Below are positions 10,527 through 18,707 of a stretch of DNA of 64,000 nt, piece by piece. The first letter of the stretch is position 1; the number at the start of each line of letters is the position of its first letter. The DNA is from Escherichia coli (lineage in GTDB: Bacteria; Pseudomonadota; Gammaproteobacteria; Enterobacterales; Enterobacteriaceae). The notes below the pieces were generated by a model that had not been told where the DNA came from, did no database searches, and was given only the letters and a program-made list of their open reading frames with translations. The stretch is taken from the NCBI RefSeq assembly GCF_003018115.1, contig NZ_CP027457.1. One strand, written 5' to 3'. Position numbers and translations under genes: made by a program.

Positions 10527-11344
10527 GCAATCCCCCTGTCTGCAAACTTCCCTTCCCGAACTCCCGTTAACGAGTCTTCCCTCAGCAGGTAATCAAAATC
10601 AGCCGTCCAGCCCGTGTCGTTGTCTCCGAAGTAAAACGGCTTGGCCTGATGCACAAACGCCCTGACATACGCTCTGAAACCGTCCACATTTGGCGTTTTC
10701 AGTTGCGGGATGATTTTCTTCAGGCGGCGTTTGCGTTTCTCGTTGACCGCAACAGCGTGTGGCAGTCTGTCACCGACTTCGGTGTTGTAGGCGTTCAGGA
10801 AGGATTCGTAGTCGATTCGTTCTGCCTTGCGACGTTCAGGTTTAACCTGCCCATCGCCACCCCCGTTAGGGGGTAAGGGGGTATTTGTATTTATTGTCTT
10901 TTGTATATTGTCTTTTGTGTTTAGCTGACTTGGCTTATACCCATTAGCCGACTTGGCTAATGTTTTATTAGCTGTTTTAGCTAATGTTAAGCTGTCATGG
11001 CTAATCCACTGAGAAACCACCTTGTTCACTCCGATTTTCACGCCATCAGCAATGAGGAATTTACGCTCGATAAGCTGGCGCTTGGCAGCGCAAACATGAG
11101 TGTGATGAATACCTGTCATGGCTGCTATCTGCGTGTTTGTGAGTCGATCCATCGGCTTATTGAATCCGTATGTCTTGCGCATGATAGCGAGCATCACCTT
11201 CATCTGCCGGACGGTTAAATCAGCCATCAGCAGACTGTCGGTAATCTCGTTAGCAACGCGCATGAAACCATCTTCGGTATCTGCCACGCGATGCTCCACG
11301 ACCTCCAGTTGAGGCCTGTAATCAGCTAACTTAACGACGCCCAT
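10523..11344 (-). CDS. O: Replication initiator O-like protein (contains the origin iterons)
   Basis: 273-aa ORF with HTH N-terminal domain; iterons and AT-rich tract lie within the coding sequence as in lambda O / P22 gene 18. Confidence 0.75.
   Translation of the reverse strand: MGVVKLADYRPQLEVVEHRVADTEDGFMRVANEITDSLLMADLTVRQMKVMLAIMRKTYGFNKPMDRLTNTQIAAMTGIHHTHVCAAKRQLIERKFLIADGVKIGVNKVVSQWISHDSLTLAKTANKTLAKSANGYKPSQLNTKDNIQKTINTNTPLPPNGGGDGQVKPERRKAERIDYESFLNAYNTEVGDRLPHAVAVNEKRKRRLKKIIPQLKTPNVDGFRAYVRAFVHQAKPFYFGDNDTGWTADFDYLLREDSLTGVREGKFADRGIA
10880..11007. repeat. Phage replication origin: four ~19-bp iterons (TTAGCYGNYTTGGCTAAT-like) at about 10921, 10944, 10968 and 10987, plus adjacent AT-rich tract (10880-10920)
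   Basis: Direct repeats TTAGCTGACTTGGCTTATA / TTAGCCGACTTGGCTAATG / TTAGCTGTTTTAGCTAATG / TTAAGCTGTCATGGCTAATCC read from the sequence. Confidence 0.7.
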
Positions 11345-11502
11345 GTTTCACTCCTGCTTTGGCTAGTCTGTAAACACCAACAAGGCGCTCTGCGAACGCC
11401 CTGTTATTTGCTGCGGCTACCACTAATCCCTCAGGTGAATCAGGGTGTCGAATCTCTTCTTTTTCCTGGTATTTCTTACGACGTTTTGTCATAATTACTC
11501 CT

Positions 11503-11566
11503 GTGGATTGATCCAGTCTTTCTACATCAGGCCTCGAAGAATTCGCCGTTCTTCGGGGCTTTTTCT
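11503..11566 (+). ncRNA. oop: Putative OOP-like antisense RNA overlapping the 3' end of cII
   Basis: Plus-strand hairpin CGAAGAA-TTCGCCG-TTCTTCG followed by a T-run (11535-11566) inside the cII 3' end; upstream GTGGATTGATCCAGTC resembles the lambda oop 5' end. Confidence 0.45.
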
Positions 11567-11805
11567 TTTGTCAGCATTCTGGCTACTTTCTTAGCCAGTT
11601 CCGCCAACTCCTCGTCTTCAACACCCCATTCAAGAACAGCCAGAAGCATTCCCATTTTTGGGATGAAGCTGTCTTTCCATCGCGAAATTTGCGATTCATT
11701 AATTCCTAACGCGTCGGCAACCTTTCGCTGGCCACGTACAGCAATTCGATTCAGGATGTTGCTTGTAATTGCATTCGCTTTCTTGCGAGTACTTGTAAGT
11801 TCCAT
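11527..11805 (-). CDS. cII: CII-like transcriptional activator
   Basis: From internal ATG at 11805: MELTSTRKKANAITSNILNRIAVRGQRKVADALGINESQISRWKDSFIPKMGMLLAVLEWGV, lambda CII-like. Confidence 0.75.
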   Translation of the reverse strand: MELTSTRKKANAITSNILNRIAVRGQRKVADALGINESQISRWKDSFIPKMGMLLAVLEWGVEDEELAELAKKVARMLTKEKAPKNGEFFEA

Positions 11806-11864
11806 ATGTAAGTATTTCCTTAACAAATAAGAAGTTATGCGCATCAACTTATGCGCGTTGTATT

Positions 11865-11907
11865 CCCGCATTTCGGCGGGAATGAGGACCATGACTGTTA
11901 AAGAGCG
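11865..11907 (-). promoter_or_regulatory. nutR (boxA-like CGCTCTTTAACA plus boxB hairpin CCCGCCGAAATGCGGG)
   Basis: Downstream of cro on the minus strand; boxB is identical to the one at nutL. Confidence 0.6.
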
Positions 11908-11913
11908 GTGTTA

Positions 11914-12114
11914 CTATTTGTTTTTCTTGTTGCTTGGGAAAGGACGAACTTCCTCTCCAATCACACTGCCATCAGGCTTTACCGTAACCATGATGTTACG
12001 GCCTGCCAGAATGGCCTTGCTGATAGCGCACTGGATTACACCAAAGTCACTGGCTGCTTTAGCCTGTCCATGGATTTTGGCGTAATCGGCAAGTGTCATT
12101 CGAATCATATGCAC
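11914..12114 (-). CDS. cro: Cro-like repressor
   Basis: 66-aa [67 protein letters not shown], lambda Cro-like, divergent from cI. Confidence 0.8.
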   Translation of the reverse strand: MHMIRMTLADYAKIHGQAKAASDFGVIQCAISKAILAGRNIMVTVKPDGSVIGEEVRPFPSNKKNK

Positions 12115-12139
12115 TCTCCGTTATTAACCATGAACAAAG

Positions 12140-12179
12140 AATACTACAGGTATTCAAAGCAATCAATACTCAGGGTATT
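12140..12179. promoter_or_regulatory. oR operators: two 15-bp palindromes AATAC-N5-GTATT (12140-12154, 12165-12179) in the cI-cro intergenic region (pR/pRM)
   Basis: AATACTACAGGTATT and AATACTCAGGGTATT read directly from the sequence. Confidence 0.65.
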
Positions 12180-12214
12180 TTTAGTTTAAGTACCTTAGCT
12201 ATTAGAATTAAGCT

Positions 12215-12931
12215 ATGGAAAATAAAAAATCACTGACGACAGAACAGCTCGAAGACGCTAAGCGGCTTAAGGCTTTGTATGAGTCAAAAAAGAAAGAATT
12301 GGGAATAACCCAATACTCAATCGCTGATGAACTGGGTATCACCCAAGGAGCGGTAGGGCATTATCTTAATGGCAGAAACGCGCTAAACGTTGAGGTCGCA
12401 TCTGGTTTTGCACGTTTGTTGCAAGTCTCAATTGCTGATTTTAGCCAGTCAATTGCTGCCAAGGTTGCAGAACAGGCAGAAAGCCTTAAGAGCGATGCCA
12501 ACGTAAGGTATGCAGGGGAATACAGAGCAGGAAAGAGGTATCCGGTGTTAAGCAGTATCCAGGCTGGCTCGTGGTGTGAAGCATGCGAACCATACACCAT
12601 TAAAGACATAGATGTTTGGCTTGAGTCTGACGCGCATATTCAAGGTAATGCGTTCTGGCTTAAAGTGGAAGGTGATTCAATGACGGCACCGGTTGGGTTA
12701 AGCATTCCAGAGGGAACATTCGTTCTTTTCGATACCGGAAGGGAGGCGATCAACGGCAGCTTGGTCATAGCAAAACTTTCTGACTCTAACGAAGCAACAT
12801 TCAAGAAGCTGATAATCGACGGCGGAAATAAATACCTCAAGGGACTTAATCCTGCATGGCCTCTCGTGCCAATCAATGGAAACTGCAAGATTATAGGCGT
12901 TGCAATTGAGACAAAACTAAGGCTGGTTTGA
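12215..12931 (+). CDS. cI: CI-type prophage repressor (HTH plus LexA/S24-like C-terminal domain)
   Basis: 238-aa ORF; N-terminus MENKKSLTTEQLEDAKRLKALYESKKKELGITQYSIADELGITQGAVG parallels lambda CI; C-terminus AFWLKVEGDSMTAP...FKKLI is the autocleavage domain. Confidence 0.85.
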   Translation: MENKKSLTTEQLEDAKRLKALYESKKKELGITQYSIADELGITQGAVGHYLNGRNALNVEVASGFARLLQVSIADFSQSIAAKVAEQAESLKSDANVRYAGEYRAGKRYPVLSSIQAGSWCEACEPYTIKDIDVWLESDAHIQGNAFWLKVEGDSMTAPVGLSIPEGTFVLFDTGREAINGSLVIAKLSDSNEATFKKLIIDGGNKYLKGLNPAWPLVPINGNCKIIGVAIETKLRLV

Positions 12932-13317
12932 TCACGCAAGGGGCGATTATGGTTGGAACCGCTATAGCAAGCTTTTTTGGGATGTTGGCAATCTCGACAA
13001 TTTACGGCTTAGCGCATGCTTTTATTGCGAAATCTCTATCAGAAAAAATAAGCCAGGCTTGGGCGCATAGATCAGCTCGTTTCATGATTCTGGTGATCAT
13101 AGCAATACAAGGGATATCTGCATTTATCCTCTATGGATCAAGCTTATACCTATTGTATCAAGGCGCGACATTTACGCCTTACACCAGTGATTACGGAACT
13201 CTATACGATGGTAGTGAAGACATCACTGTGGCTTGGATCGTCTTTGGTTTATCTATGGCCGTGTCTGTTGTAGCAGACATCATTAAGGTAATTCTCGTCT
13301 TAACCTTCGCTGACTAA
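12928..13317 (+). CDS. Integral membrane protein (about 4 TM helices) co-transcribed with cI, at the rex position
   Basis: 129-aa hydrophobic ORF whose ATG overlaps the cI stop (ATGA); lower GC than surroundings. Confidence 0.6.
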   Translation: MITQGAIMVGTAIASFFGMLAISTIYGLAHAFIAKSLSEKISQAWAHRSARFMILVIIAIQGISAFILYGSSLYLLYQGATFTPYTSDYGTLYDGSEDITVAWIVFGLSMAVSVVADIIKVILVLTFAD

Positions 13318-13403
13318 CCTATAATCCCGGCAGCAATAGCTATCGGGATCCACTTCACATATCCCGCATAAAAAGCACTGAACAAGCAGACACCGAAAAA
13401 ATA

Positions 13404-13488
13404 AATATCCTTTGTATTCATTTGCTTATCATTATTTCACCAAAAATAAATACCTTGGGTATTTACACAATAAAATACCTACAGTATT
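13404..13488. promoter_or_regulatory. oL operators: AATAC-N5-GTATT palindromes at 13449-13463 and 13474-13488, plus a degenerate AATAT-N5-GTATT at 13404-13418 (pL region)
   Basis: AATACCTTGGGTATT, AATACCTACAGTATT and AATATCCTTTGTATT read directly; same half-sites as oR. Confidence 0.6.
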
Positions 13489-13536
13489 CTTTAGCCATCA
13501 GCAGGACGCTGGAAGCCAAACGGAACAGATTGGCAG

Positions 13537-13576
13537 GCTCTTTAACATTGATGGGATTGTCCCGCCGAAATGCGGG
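13537..13576 (+). promoter_or_regulatory. nutL (boxA-like GCTCTTTAACA plus boxB CCCGCCGAAATGCGGG)
   Basis: Same boxB hairpin as at nutR, in the pL leader upstream of N. Confidence 0.6.
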
Positions 13577-13684
13577 AACCAAAGAGTAGTTGGCTTTGGG
13601 GTGACGTGAAGTGCAGCTGCACGACGGCAACCGGAAGATAAGCACCCGGCGCGTCACCGCCAAAGTCAATCATCGGAGGTCAAC

Positions 13685-13990
13685 ATGACAGTAGTCATTA
13701 CATATCTGGCTGACGATAACGCCAGAAATCGCCGCAGAGCACGCAGACAGGCTCAACGTGAACAGGCAATGCAAGAGCAGCGACTGGCGCGAAAAATTGC
13801 GCTAAAGCTCTCTGGTTGCGTCAGGGCAGACAAAGCAGCATCACTCGGAAGCCTTCGCTGCCAGAAGGCAGAAGAAGTCGAGCGTAAACAGAACCGTATT
13901 TACTACCGCAAGCCACGCAGTGAAATGGGTGTGACATGCTCAGGCCGCCAGAAGCAACGCGGAAAATCAATTCCAGCTTATTACGATTGA
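13685..13990 (+). CDS. N: N-type antitermination protein (arginine-rich motif)
   Basis: 101-aa ORF with N-terminal ARM (NARNRRRARRQAQREQ); first gene after nutL; central region resembles phage-21-type N as recalled. Confidence 0.6.
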   Translation: MTVVITYLADDNARNRRRARRQAQREQAMQEQRLARKIALKLSGCVRADKAASLGSLRCQKAEEVERKQNRIYYRKPRSEMGVTCSGRQKQRGKSIPAYYD

Positions 13991-13995
13991 GGTTA

Positions 13996-14265
13996 ATGAT
14001 GAAATTCAAATTGAACGATGAAGTTAAATGGTCTAGCTCATCAAACGGTGTAACGAAGGTAAAAATCGGGTTTATCGTTGAGGTGATTCCTCCTGGTGTC
14101 AACGTAAAAAAATTCGAACTAGGCCGTCTGCTAGATGCACCTGGCCTTCCGAGGAAAGAAGAGAGCTATATAGTTTGTGTAGGTCCAAGACCAGGATCTC
14201 GTGCCAAGCCAAAATATTACTGGCCGCGAGTTAATAACCTGCGTCGCTTACACGATGACAAATAG
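13996..14265 (+). CDS. Hypothetical early protein (about 89 aa)
   Basis: ORF with RBS GAGG before ATGATG at 13996; frame open from 13936. Confidence 0.5.
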   Translation: MMKFKLNDEVKWSSSSNGVTKVKIGFIVEVIPPGVNVKKFELGRLLDAPGLPRKEESYIVCVGPRPGSRAKPKYYWPRVNNLRRLHDDK

Positions 14266-14320
14266 AAGTGAGTATCCTTGTTTTACTTTTTCGCAGCAAA
14301 CCACTTATTTGAGGTGAGAT

Positions 14321-14572
14321 ATGGAATTTCATGAAAGTGCGATTTGTGATTTTCGCGCTAACGCAAATTCAGTAAAACCACAGCCAATTGCAGTTCTTTT
14401 TAAAACAATGGGTGCGTGGGCTGTTTTATGCTTCGCCGCTGATGACACTGACGCAAGAATGGCAATAGGCCAAGAGATGGAGATGGACCCGACAAACGAT
14501 GAATTCATAATTTATGGCGCTCCATCTAATTACTTACTTGATACCTGCAACATTTACAACAAGGCTGCCTGA
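14321..14572 (+). CDS. Hypothetical early protein (83 aa)
   Basis: ORF in pL operon between N and cIII. Confidence 0.5.
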   Translation: MEFHESAICDFRANANSVKPQPIAVLFKTMGAWAVLCFAADDTDARMAIGQEMEMDPTNDEFIIYGAPSNYLLDTCNIYNKAA

Positions 14573-14611
14573 TGGTGGCCTTTATTTTTGGCATAAACAA
14601 CAGAGGCTAAC

Positions 14612-14908
14612 ATGGAATTTAAAGGTACTAAAGGTAAGTGGGAAATAATGATTGATGGCGATGAGATTAAAATCATCCAGGCAGACTCACTTGAAAATGG
14701 CGCAGGCTGGCGTTCGTATATTGCAATCTGTGAGGAAGTTCAATGCATTGAAGATGCCAATCTAATAGCGGCAGCGCCTGACCTTCTCGAAGCACTTCAG
14801 TTATTACTTAAGCAAACCAAAAATAGAACAACGACAACATATCCAGAATGGTATGGAGCTGTTAATAAAGGTATCGCAGCAATCAGAAAAGCTCTTGGGG
14901 ATAAGTAA
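14612..14908 (+). CDS. Hypothetical early protein (98 aa) with IAAAPDLLEAL motif
   Basis: ORF in pL operon; motif recurs in lambdoid Ea22-like proteins. Confidence 0.5.
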   Translation: MEFKGTKGKWEIMIDGDEIKIIQADSLENGAGWRSYIAICEEVQCIEDANLIAAAPDLLEALQLLLKQTKNRTTTTYPEWYGAVNKGIAAIRKALGDK

Positions 14909-15096
14909 TGAAAGTAAAAATAACTGCTTCTAATACCAGTTTTGTTAGTGTTGGTGATATTACAGAAGTAATAACAAACCATGATGGAACACAAGTTATG
15001 TGGTCTGATTTTTGTAAAAGATATGAGCGAGTCACTTGGTGTAAACTCGTATGGGGAGTCGAATACGAAGAATTACCTGAAATGCATGACGAATAA
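14908..15096 (+). CDS. Hypothetical early protein (62 aa)
   Basis: ORF whose ATG overlaps the upstream stop. Confidence 0.45.
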   Translation: MKVKITASNTSFVSVGDITEVITNHDGTQVMWSDFCKRYERVTWCKLVWGVEYEELPEMHDE

Positions 15097-15191
15097 GCAC
15101 TGTGTATTCATTCCAACGAGTGAATACACGGAGCAATGTTGCTCGTAACTAAACAGGAGCCGACTTGTTCTGATTATTGGAAATCTTCTTT

Positions 15192-15216
15192 GCCCTCCAG
15201 TGTGAGGGCTTTTTTA
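15192..15216 (+). terminator. Intrinsic terminator (tL-like) between the small-ORF cluster and cIII
   Basis: GCCCTC-CAGTGT-GAGGGC hairpin followed by TTTTTT. Confidence 0.6.
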
Positions 15217-15281
15217 TATGCATACCAATAACGCTTCACTCGAGGCGTTTTCGTTATGCAATCAAACAGAAGGAGCATCCT

Positions 15282-15452
15282 ATGCAACAGTTCGCTATTG
15301 CAGGGGCGGCATCGGTTCGCCCTTTCAACCCGATTTTATCGGTACAGCATTCACGAAAAAACATTCTAACCGGAGCAGACTTTAAACAACCAAGAATGAA
15401 AAGTTTGCTCGAAAAGCTTTGGGATATTTTGAAACAACAAGGCCGCCCATGA
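15282..15452 (+). CDS. cIII: CIII-like protein (FtsH inhibitor)
   Basis: MQQFAIAGAASV...SLLEKLWDILKQQGRP parallels lambda CIII (MQYAIAGWP...LLERITRKL...); start is an internal ATG of the listed ORF. Confidence 0.65.
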   Translation: MQQFAIAGAASVRPFNPILSVQHSRKNILTGADFKQPRMKSLLEKLWDILKQQGRP

Positions 15453-15533
15453 GTTTTACAGATAGCTGGTCAGACGAAGAATTCATTCGTCAGATGAACA
15501 AAATGCTCAATCAGCACAAAGAACAGGAGAAAG

Positions 15534-15845
15534 ATGATGATTCTGACTCTGAATGATAAGCGTGAAATATCGCAAATAATCGCAAGTTTTACTGATGAAG
15601 ATTACGAACGAATCAACAGTGAAGTTGATCGCCTCTGCAAACGTTGCGACCCAATAAGCGAAATGCTTCGATCATATAAACCAGATGAACACACTAAGGA
15701 CGCTATCGACTGGCTGGAAGATGATGACTGTAACTATCAGGAAAAAGCCGCTGAATGGTTCTGGGATGCAATAACCGAAAGAGTTAAGGCTGAATATGCC
15801 TTCGCAATATTCAAACGCAGACATATTTATGGAGAAGCTGCATGA
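15534..15845 (+). CDS. Hypothetical protein (103 aa) at the gam/kil position
   Basis: Acidic ORF immediately upstream of and overlapping recT. Confidence 0.5.
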   Translation: MMILTLNDKREISQIIASFTDEDYERINSEVDRLCKRCDPISEMLRSYKPDEHTKDAIDWLEDDDCNYQEKAAEWFWDAITERVKAEYAFAIFKRRHIYGEAA

Positions 15846-16744
15846 GCAATATCGTTGAATTCGTTAAACAGCAAGAGCAGTTATTCTGCGGAGCATTGAC
15901 TGAACAGACGGTGACATGGGCTAAGGAAAGCCAGTTTGCAATTCAGTATTTCCAGAAAAACGATTACCTGGCTAAAACAGCACTGGCAAATCCAACCAGC
16001 GCACAGAACGCCATCATCAATGTTGCGGCGATCGGCATCACCTTAAACCCGGCCAGCAAACTGGCTTATCTGGTTCCTCGCGACGGCATGGTGTGCCTTG
16101 ATATCAGTTACATGGGATTACTTCATCTTGCGCAATCGACAGGATCAATTAAGTGGGGGCAATGCAAACTGGTGTACTCAAACGACACCTATGAATCAAA
16201 TGGCCTTGATTCAGCACCAACCCACAAATACAACGCATTTGGTGAGCGAGGCTCTATTGTTGGAGGTTATTGCACGGTTAAAACAGCAGATGGTGACTAC
16301 CTGACTGAAGAAATGAGTCTGGCAGAAATTAAAGCTGTGGAAGCAACGAGCAAGGCAAAGAATGGACCGTGGAAAACATTCTGGGAAGAGATGGCGCGTA
16401 AAACAATAGTTAAACGCGCCAGCAAATACTGGCCTAAAGCCCAGCGACTGGATAATGCCATTCACCTGCTTAACGAAGATGAAGGTGTGCATCAGGAACC
16501 AGTTATGCCGCACAAATCAGAGGAAGATATCCGCGAAGATGAACGGAAACGCCAGCAGGAAATAATGGATAAAGCACAACTTCTTTGCGATGAAATGTCT
16601 CAGGCAGAAAACATGGATGATTTGAAGCGATATTTTGCAGAAGCATATCGCCTGACATCTGGAATGAAATTGCAGCAGAACGTACAAGCCATTTACATAG
16701 AATGCAAAGCGAAACTGGAGGTTGCCAGTGAGCAAACTGTATGA
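15842..16744 (+). CDS. recT: RecT-family single-strand annealing protein
   Basis: 300-aa ORF; motif NGPWKTFWEEMARKTIVKRASKYWP matches the RecT signature. Confidence 0.8.
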   Translation: MSNIVEFVKQQEQLFCGALTEQTVTWAKESQFAIQYFQKNDYLAKTALANPTSAQNAIINVAAIGITLNPASKLAYLVPRDGMVCLDISYMGLLHLAQSTGSIKWGQCKLVYSNDTYESNGLDSAPTHKYNAFGERGSIVGGYCTVKTADGDYLTEEMSLAEIKAVEATSKAKNGPWKTFWEEMARKTIVKRASKYWPKAQRLDNAIHLLNEDEGVHQEPVMPHKSEEDIREDERKRQQEIMDKAQLLCDEMSQAENMDDLKRYFAEAYRLTSGMKLQQNVQAIYIECKAKLEVASEQTV

Positions 16745-17210
16745 AATAGCCAATGAATACGCAAAGCTGATGGATTCAGATTTAGAGCCAGAGATGATTG
16801 CTGACACAATAGAAGGCATGGAAGGAGAATTTACCGATAAAATAGAGCAACTTCTCGCCATTATTAAAAATGAATCTGGTTATGCTGAACGCCTCAAGGA
16901 AGAGGCAAAGTCACTAAATGAGAGAGCCGCAGTAATTCAAAATAAGATTGACAGCATTATGGCGTATATAGCGTCATCGCTTGAAATGGTTGGCAAGAAA
17001 AAGATTCGAGCAGGTATTCACCAGGTAACAATCCGCAAACCGTCAGAAACTGTAGAAATCATCGACTCAAGCGCCCTTCCTCCTGAATACGTTGAATTTG
17101 AAACGACAATTAAAGCCGACAAACTGGCAATCAAACACCAACTAAAAGCAGGAATAAATATCCCCGGCGCTCAACTCAAAGTTGGGAAACCTTCACTTCT
17201 TATCAAATAA
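16722..17210 (+). CDS. Siphovirus Gp157-family protein
   Basis: About 160-aa ORF overlapping recT end; resembles Gp157-family proteins that commonly accompany RecT/Erf genes; probable GTG start at 16728. Confidence 0.45.
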   Translation: MPVSKLYEIANEYAKLMDSDLEPEMIADTIEGMEGEFTDKIEQLLAIIKNESGYAERLKEEAKSLNERAAVIQNKIDSIMAYIASSLEMVGKKKIRAGIHQVTIRKPSETVEIIDSSALPPEYVEFETTIKADKLAIKHQLKAGINIPGAQLKVGKPSLLIK

Positions 17211-17221
17211 CGGTATCGCCT

Positions 17222-17536
17222 ATGAAAAAGACTCCATGGGAGAAATGGGAAGTCGATTTCTTGCGCGAAGTGGCGGCGACAATGCCAGTTGAAGTTATCG
17301 CTGAAAAACTGGAAAGGACTGAAAAAGCAGTAATGGCGAAAGCAACAAGGATTGGAGCTGACATTGTTAGCCGACTTCGTGGAAGACGCTGGACAAGAGC
17401 CGAAGTATCACTTTTCGGTAAGTTCTCCGCAGAAGAAATAGCAATTGCAACCTGCCGCTCAATTTATTCAGTAAGAGCTATGAGATACAAGCTAAAAAAA
17501 CTCGATGAAGAAAGAGCAGGCATACGAATAAATTAA
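17222..17536 (+). CDS. Hypothetical protein (104 aa) with two internal repeats (possible DNA-binding)
   Basis: Two similar segments (WEKWEVDFLREVA...AEKLERTEKAVMAKATRIG and RRWTRAEVSLF...TCRSIYSVRAMRYKLKK). Confidence 0.5.
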   Translation: MKKTPWEKWEVDFLREVAATMPVEVIAEKLERTEKAVMAKATRIGADIVSRLRGRRWTRAEVSLFGKFSAEEIAIATCRSIYSVRAMRYKLKKLDEERAGIRIN

Positions 17537-17552
17537 CATGGAGTAATTAACA

Positions 17553-17834
17553 ATGAAGCTAAACATAGACCTAGGCAAATATGTTATTACAGGAACCAAA
17601 CACGACCTGATTCTTAGTGAAAGAGGAATTATCAAAGAAGGTGAGAATGCAGGGAAAGAAACACTAAGCCGTATCGGTTATTACAGCAAGTTTGAGCATC
17701 TGGTTAAAGAGTTATGTAACCGTGAAATCCTGTTATCTCAGGCGCAGACGCTACAGGATATTCAGCAGCATATCGAAACTTTAGGTATGTCACTTAGCAT
17801 GGCTATTGACCAGTTCGTGGAGAGTAAATCATGA
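17553..17834 (+). CDS. Hypothetical protein (93 aa)
   Basis: ORF with RBS, in the early leftward operon. Confidence 0.5.
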   Translation: MKLNIDLGKYVITGTKHDLILSERGIIKEGENAGKETLSRIGYYSKFEHLVKELCNREILLSQAQTLQDIQQHIETLGMSLSMAIDQFVESKS

Positions 17835-17973
17835 GAGGACTTGCATACAATCCCGGCATTCTTCCGGCAGAAATGATTATTCGCCAACGCGTAAAACCAA
17901 TGCCATCGAGAGAGGAATTGCTTAAGAGAAATTCTTTTCCATCAGTGAATCAAAACAAATATCTGAATGCTAT

Positions 17974-18468
17974 GTGGCGGAGTGGGAAGAAATGAAACTA
18001 ATGTCACTAATTGAGATGGATGGTTTTCTGAAAGGTAAATGCATCCCACGAGATTTAAAGGTTAACGAAACAAACGCTGAATATCTGGTGCGTAAGTTCG
18101 GTGAGCTTGAATCAAAACTGGAAACGGCGTTGCGGGAGTGTCGTTCTGCTGGAATCACGATTGATAACCTTGAGGCTAAATGCGCGAAGATGGCTGCTGA
18201 AAATACCTCGCTTAAGCAATCTGAGAAGGAATTTAATGACTTTTGTCGTGAGGAGTTTAGCGAATGGGAAGATGATGTTACTGAACCCCAAGCCACCGAT
18301 GCTTTCCTGGCTGAAGTCCGGGCTAAGGCGTTTGATGACCTTTGCGCGGCGTTCGTTAAGCACGCGTCGGTGTCCGGGCTGGACGATGGCGACTGCGTTA
18401 CGGTGAAAGAGGCGACTGACGCCCTGCTGCATTGTGCGGAACAGCTTCACGAGGGAGTGCATTCATGA
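17974..18468 (+). CDS. Hypothetical acidic coiled-coil protein (about 158-164 aa)
   Basis: ORF; stop overlaps the next gene's ATG (ATGA). Confidence 0.5.
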   Translation: MAEWEEMKLMSLIEMDGFLKGKCIPRDLKVNETNAEYLVRKFGELESKLETALRECRSAGITIDNLEAKCAKMAAENTSLKQSEKEFNDFCREEFSEWEDDVTEPQATDAFLAEVRAKAFDDLCAAFVKHASVSGLDDGDCVTVKEATDALLHCAEQLHEGVHS

Positions 18469-18707
18469 GCAACCTACTACCATGTCCATTCTGTGGCGGC
18501 GCAGCGCACGTTGCCAGCGAAGCAGATCACCCTGAATATGGCTCTGGCGGTCGATTCTATTTCGTTCGATGCGGTACGTGTCGCGCTCAATCTGGTAGCA
18601 AATATGCAGCGCCTGGAAATGACTGCGCGATTTTTTATTCAGAGGTTAGAGCAGAGTGGAATCAGCGAGCAAAGGAGGCAACCAGTGAGCGGAAAAAGAA
18701 TGACTAA
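18465..18707 (+). CDS. lar: Lar-like restriction alleviation protein (CPFCGG zinc-finger)
   Basis: From ATG 18465: [42 protein letters not shown]..., the Cys pattern of the Lar family. Confidence 0.5.
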   Translation: MSNLLPCPFCGGAAHVASEADHPEYGSGGRFYFVRCGTCRAQSGSKYAAPGNDCAIFYSEVRAEWNQRAKEATSERKKND

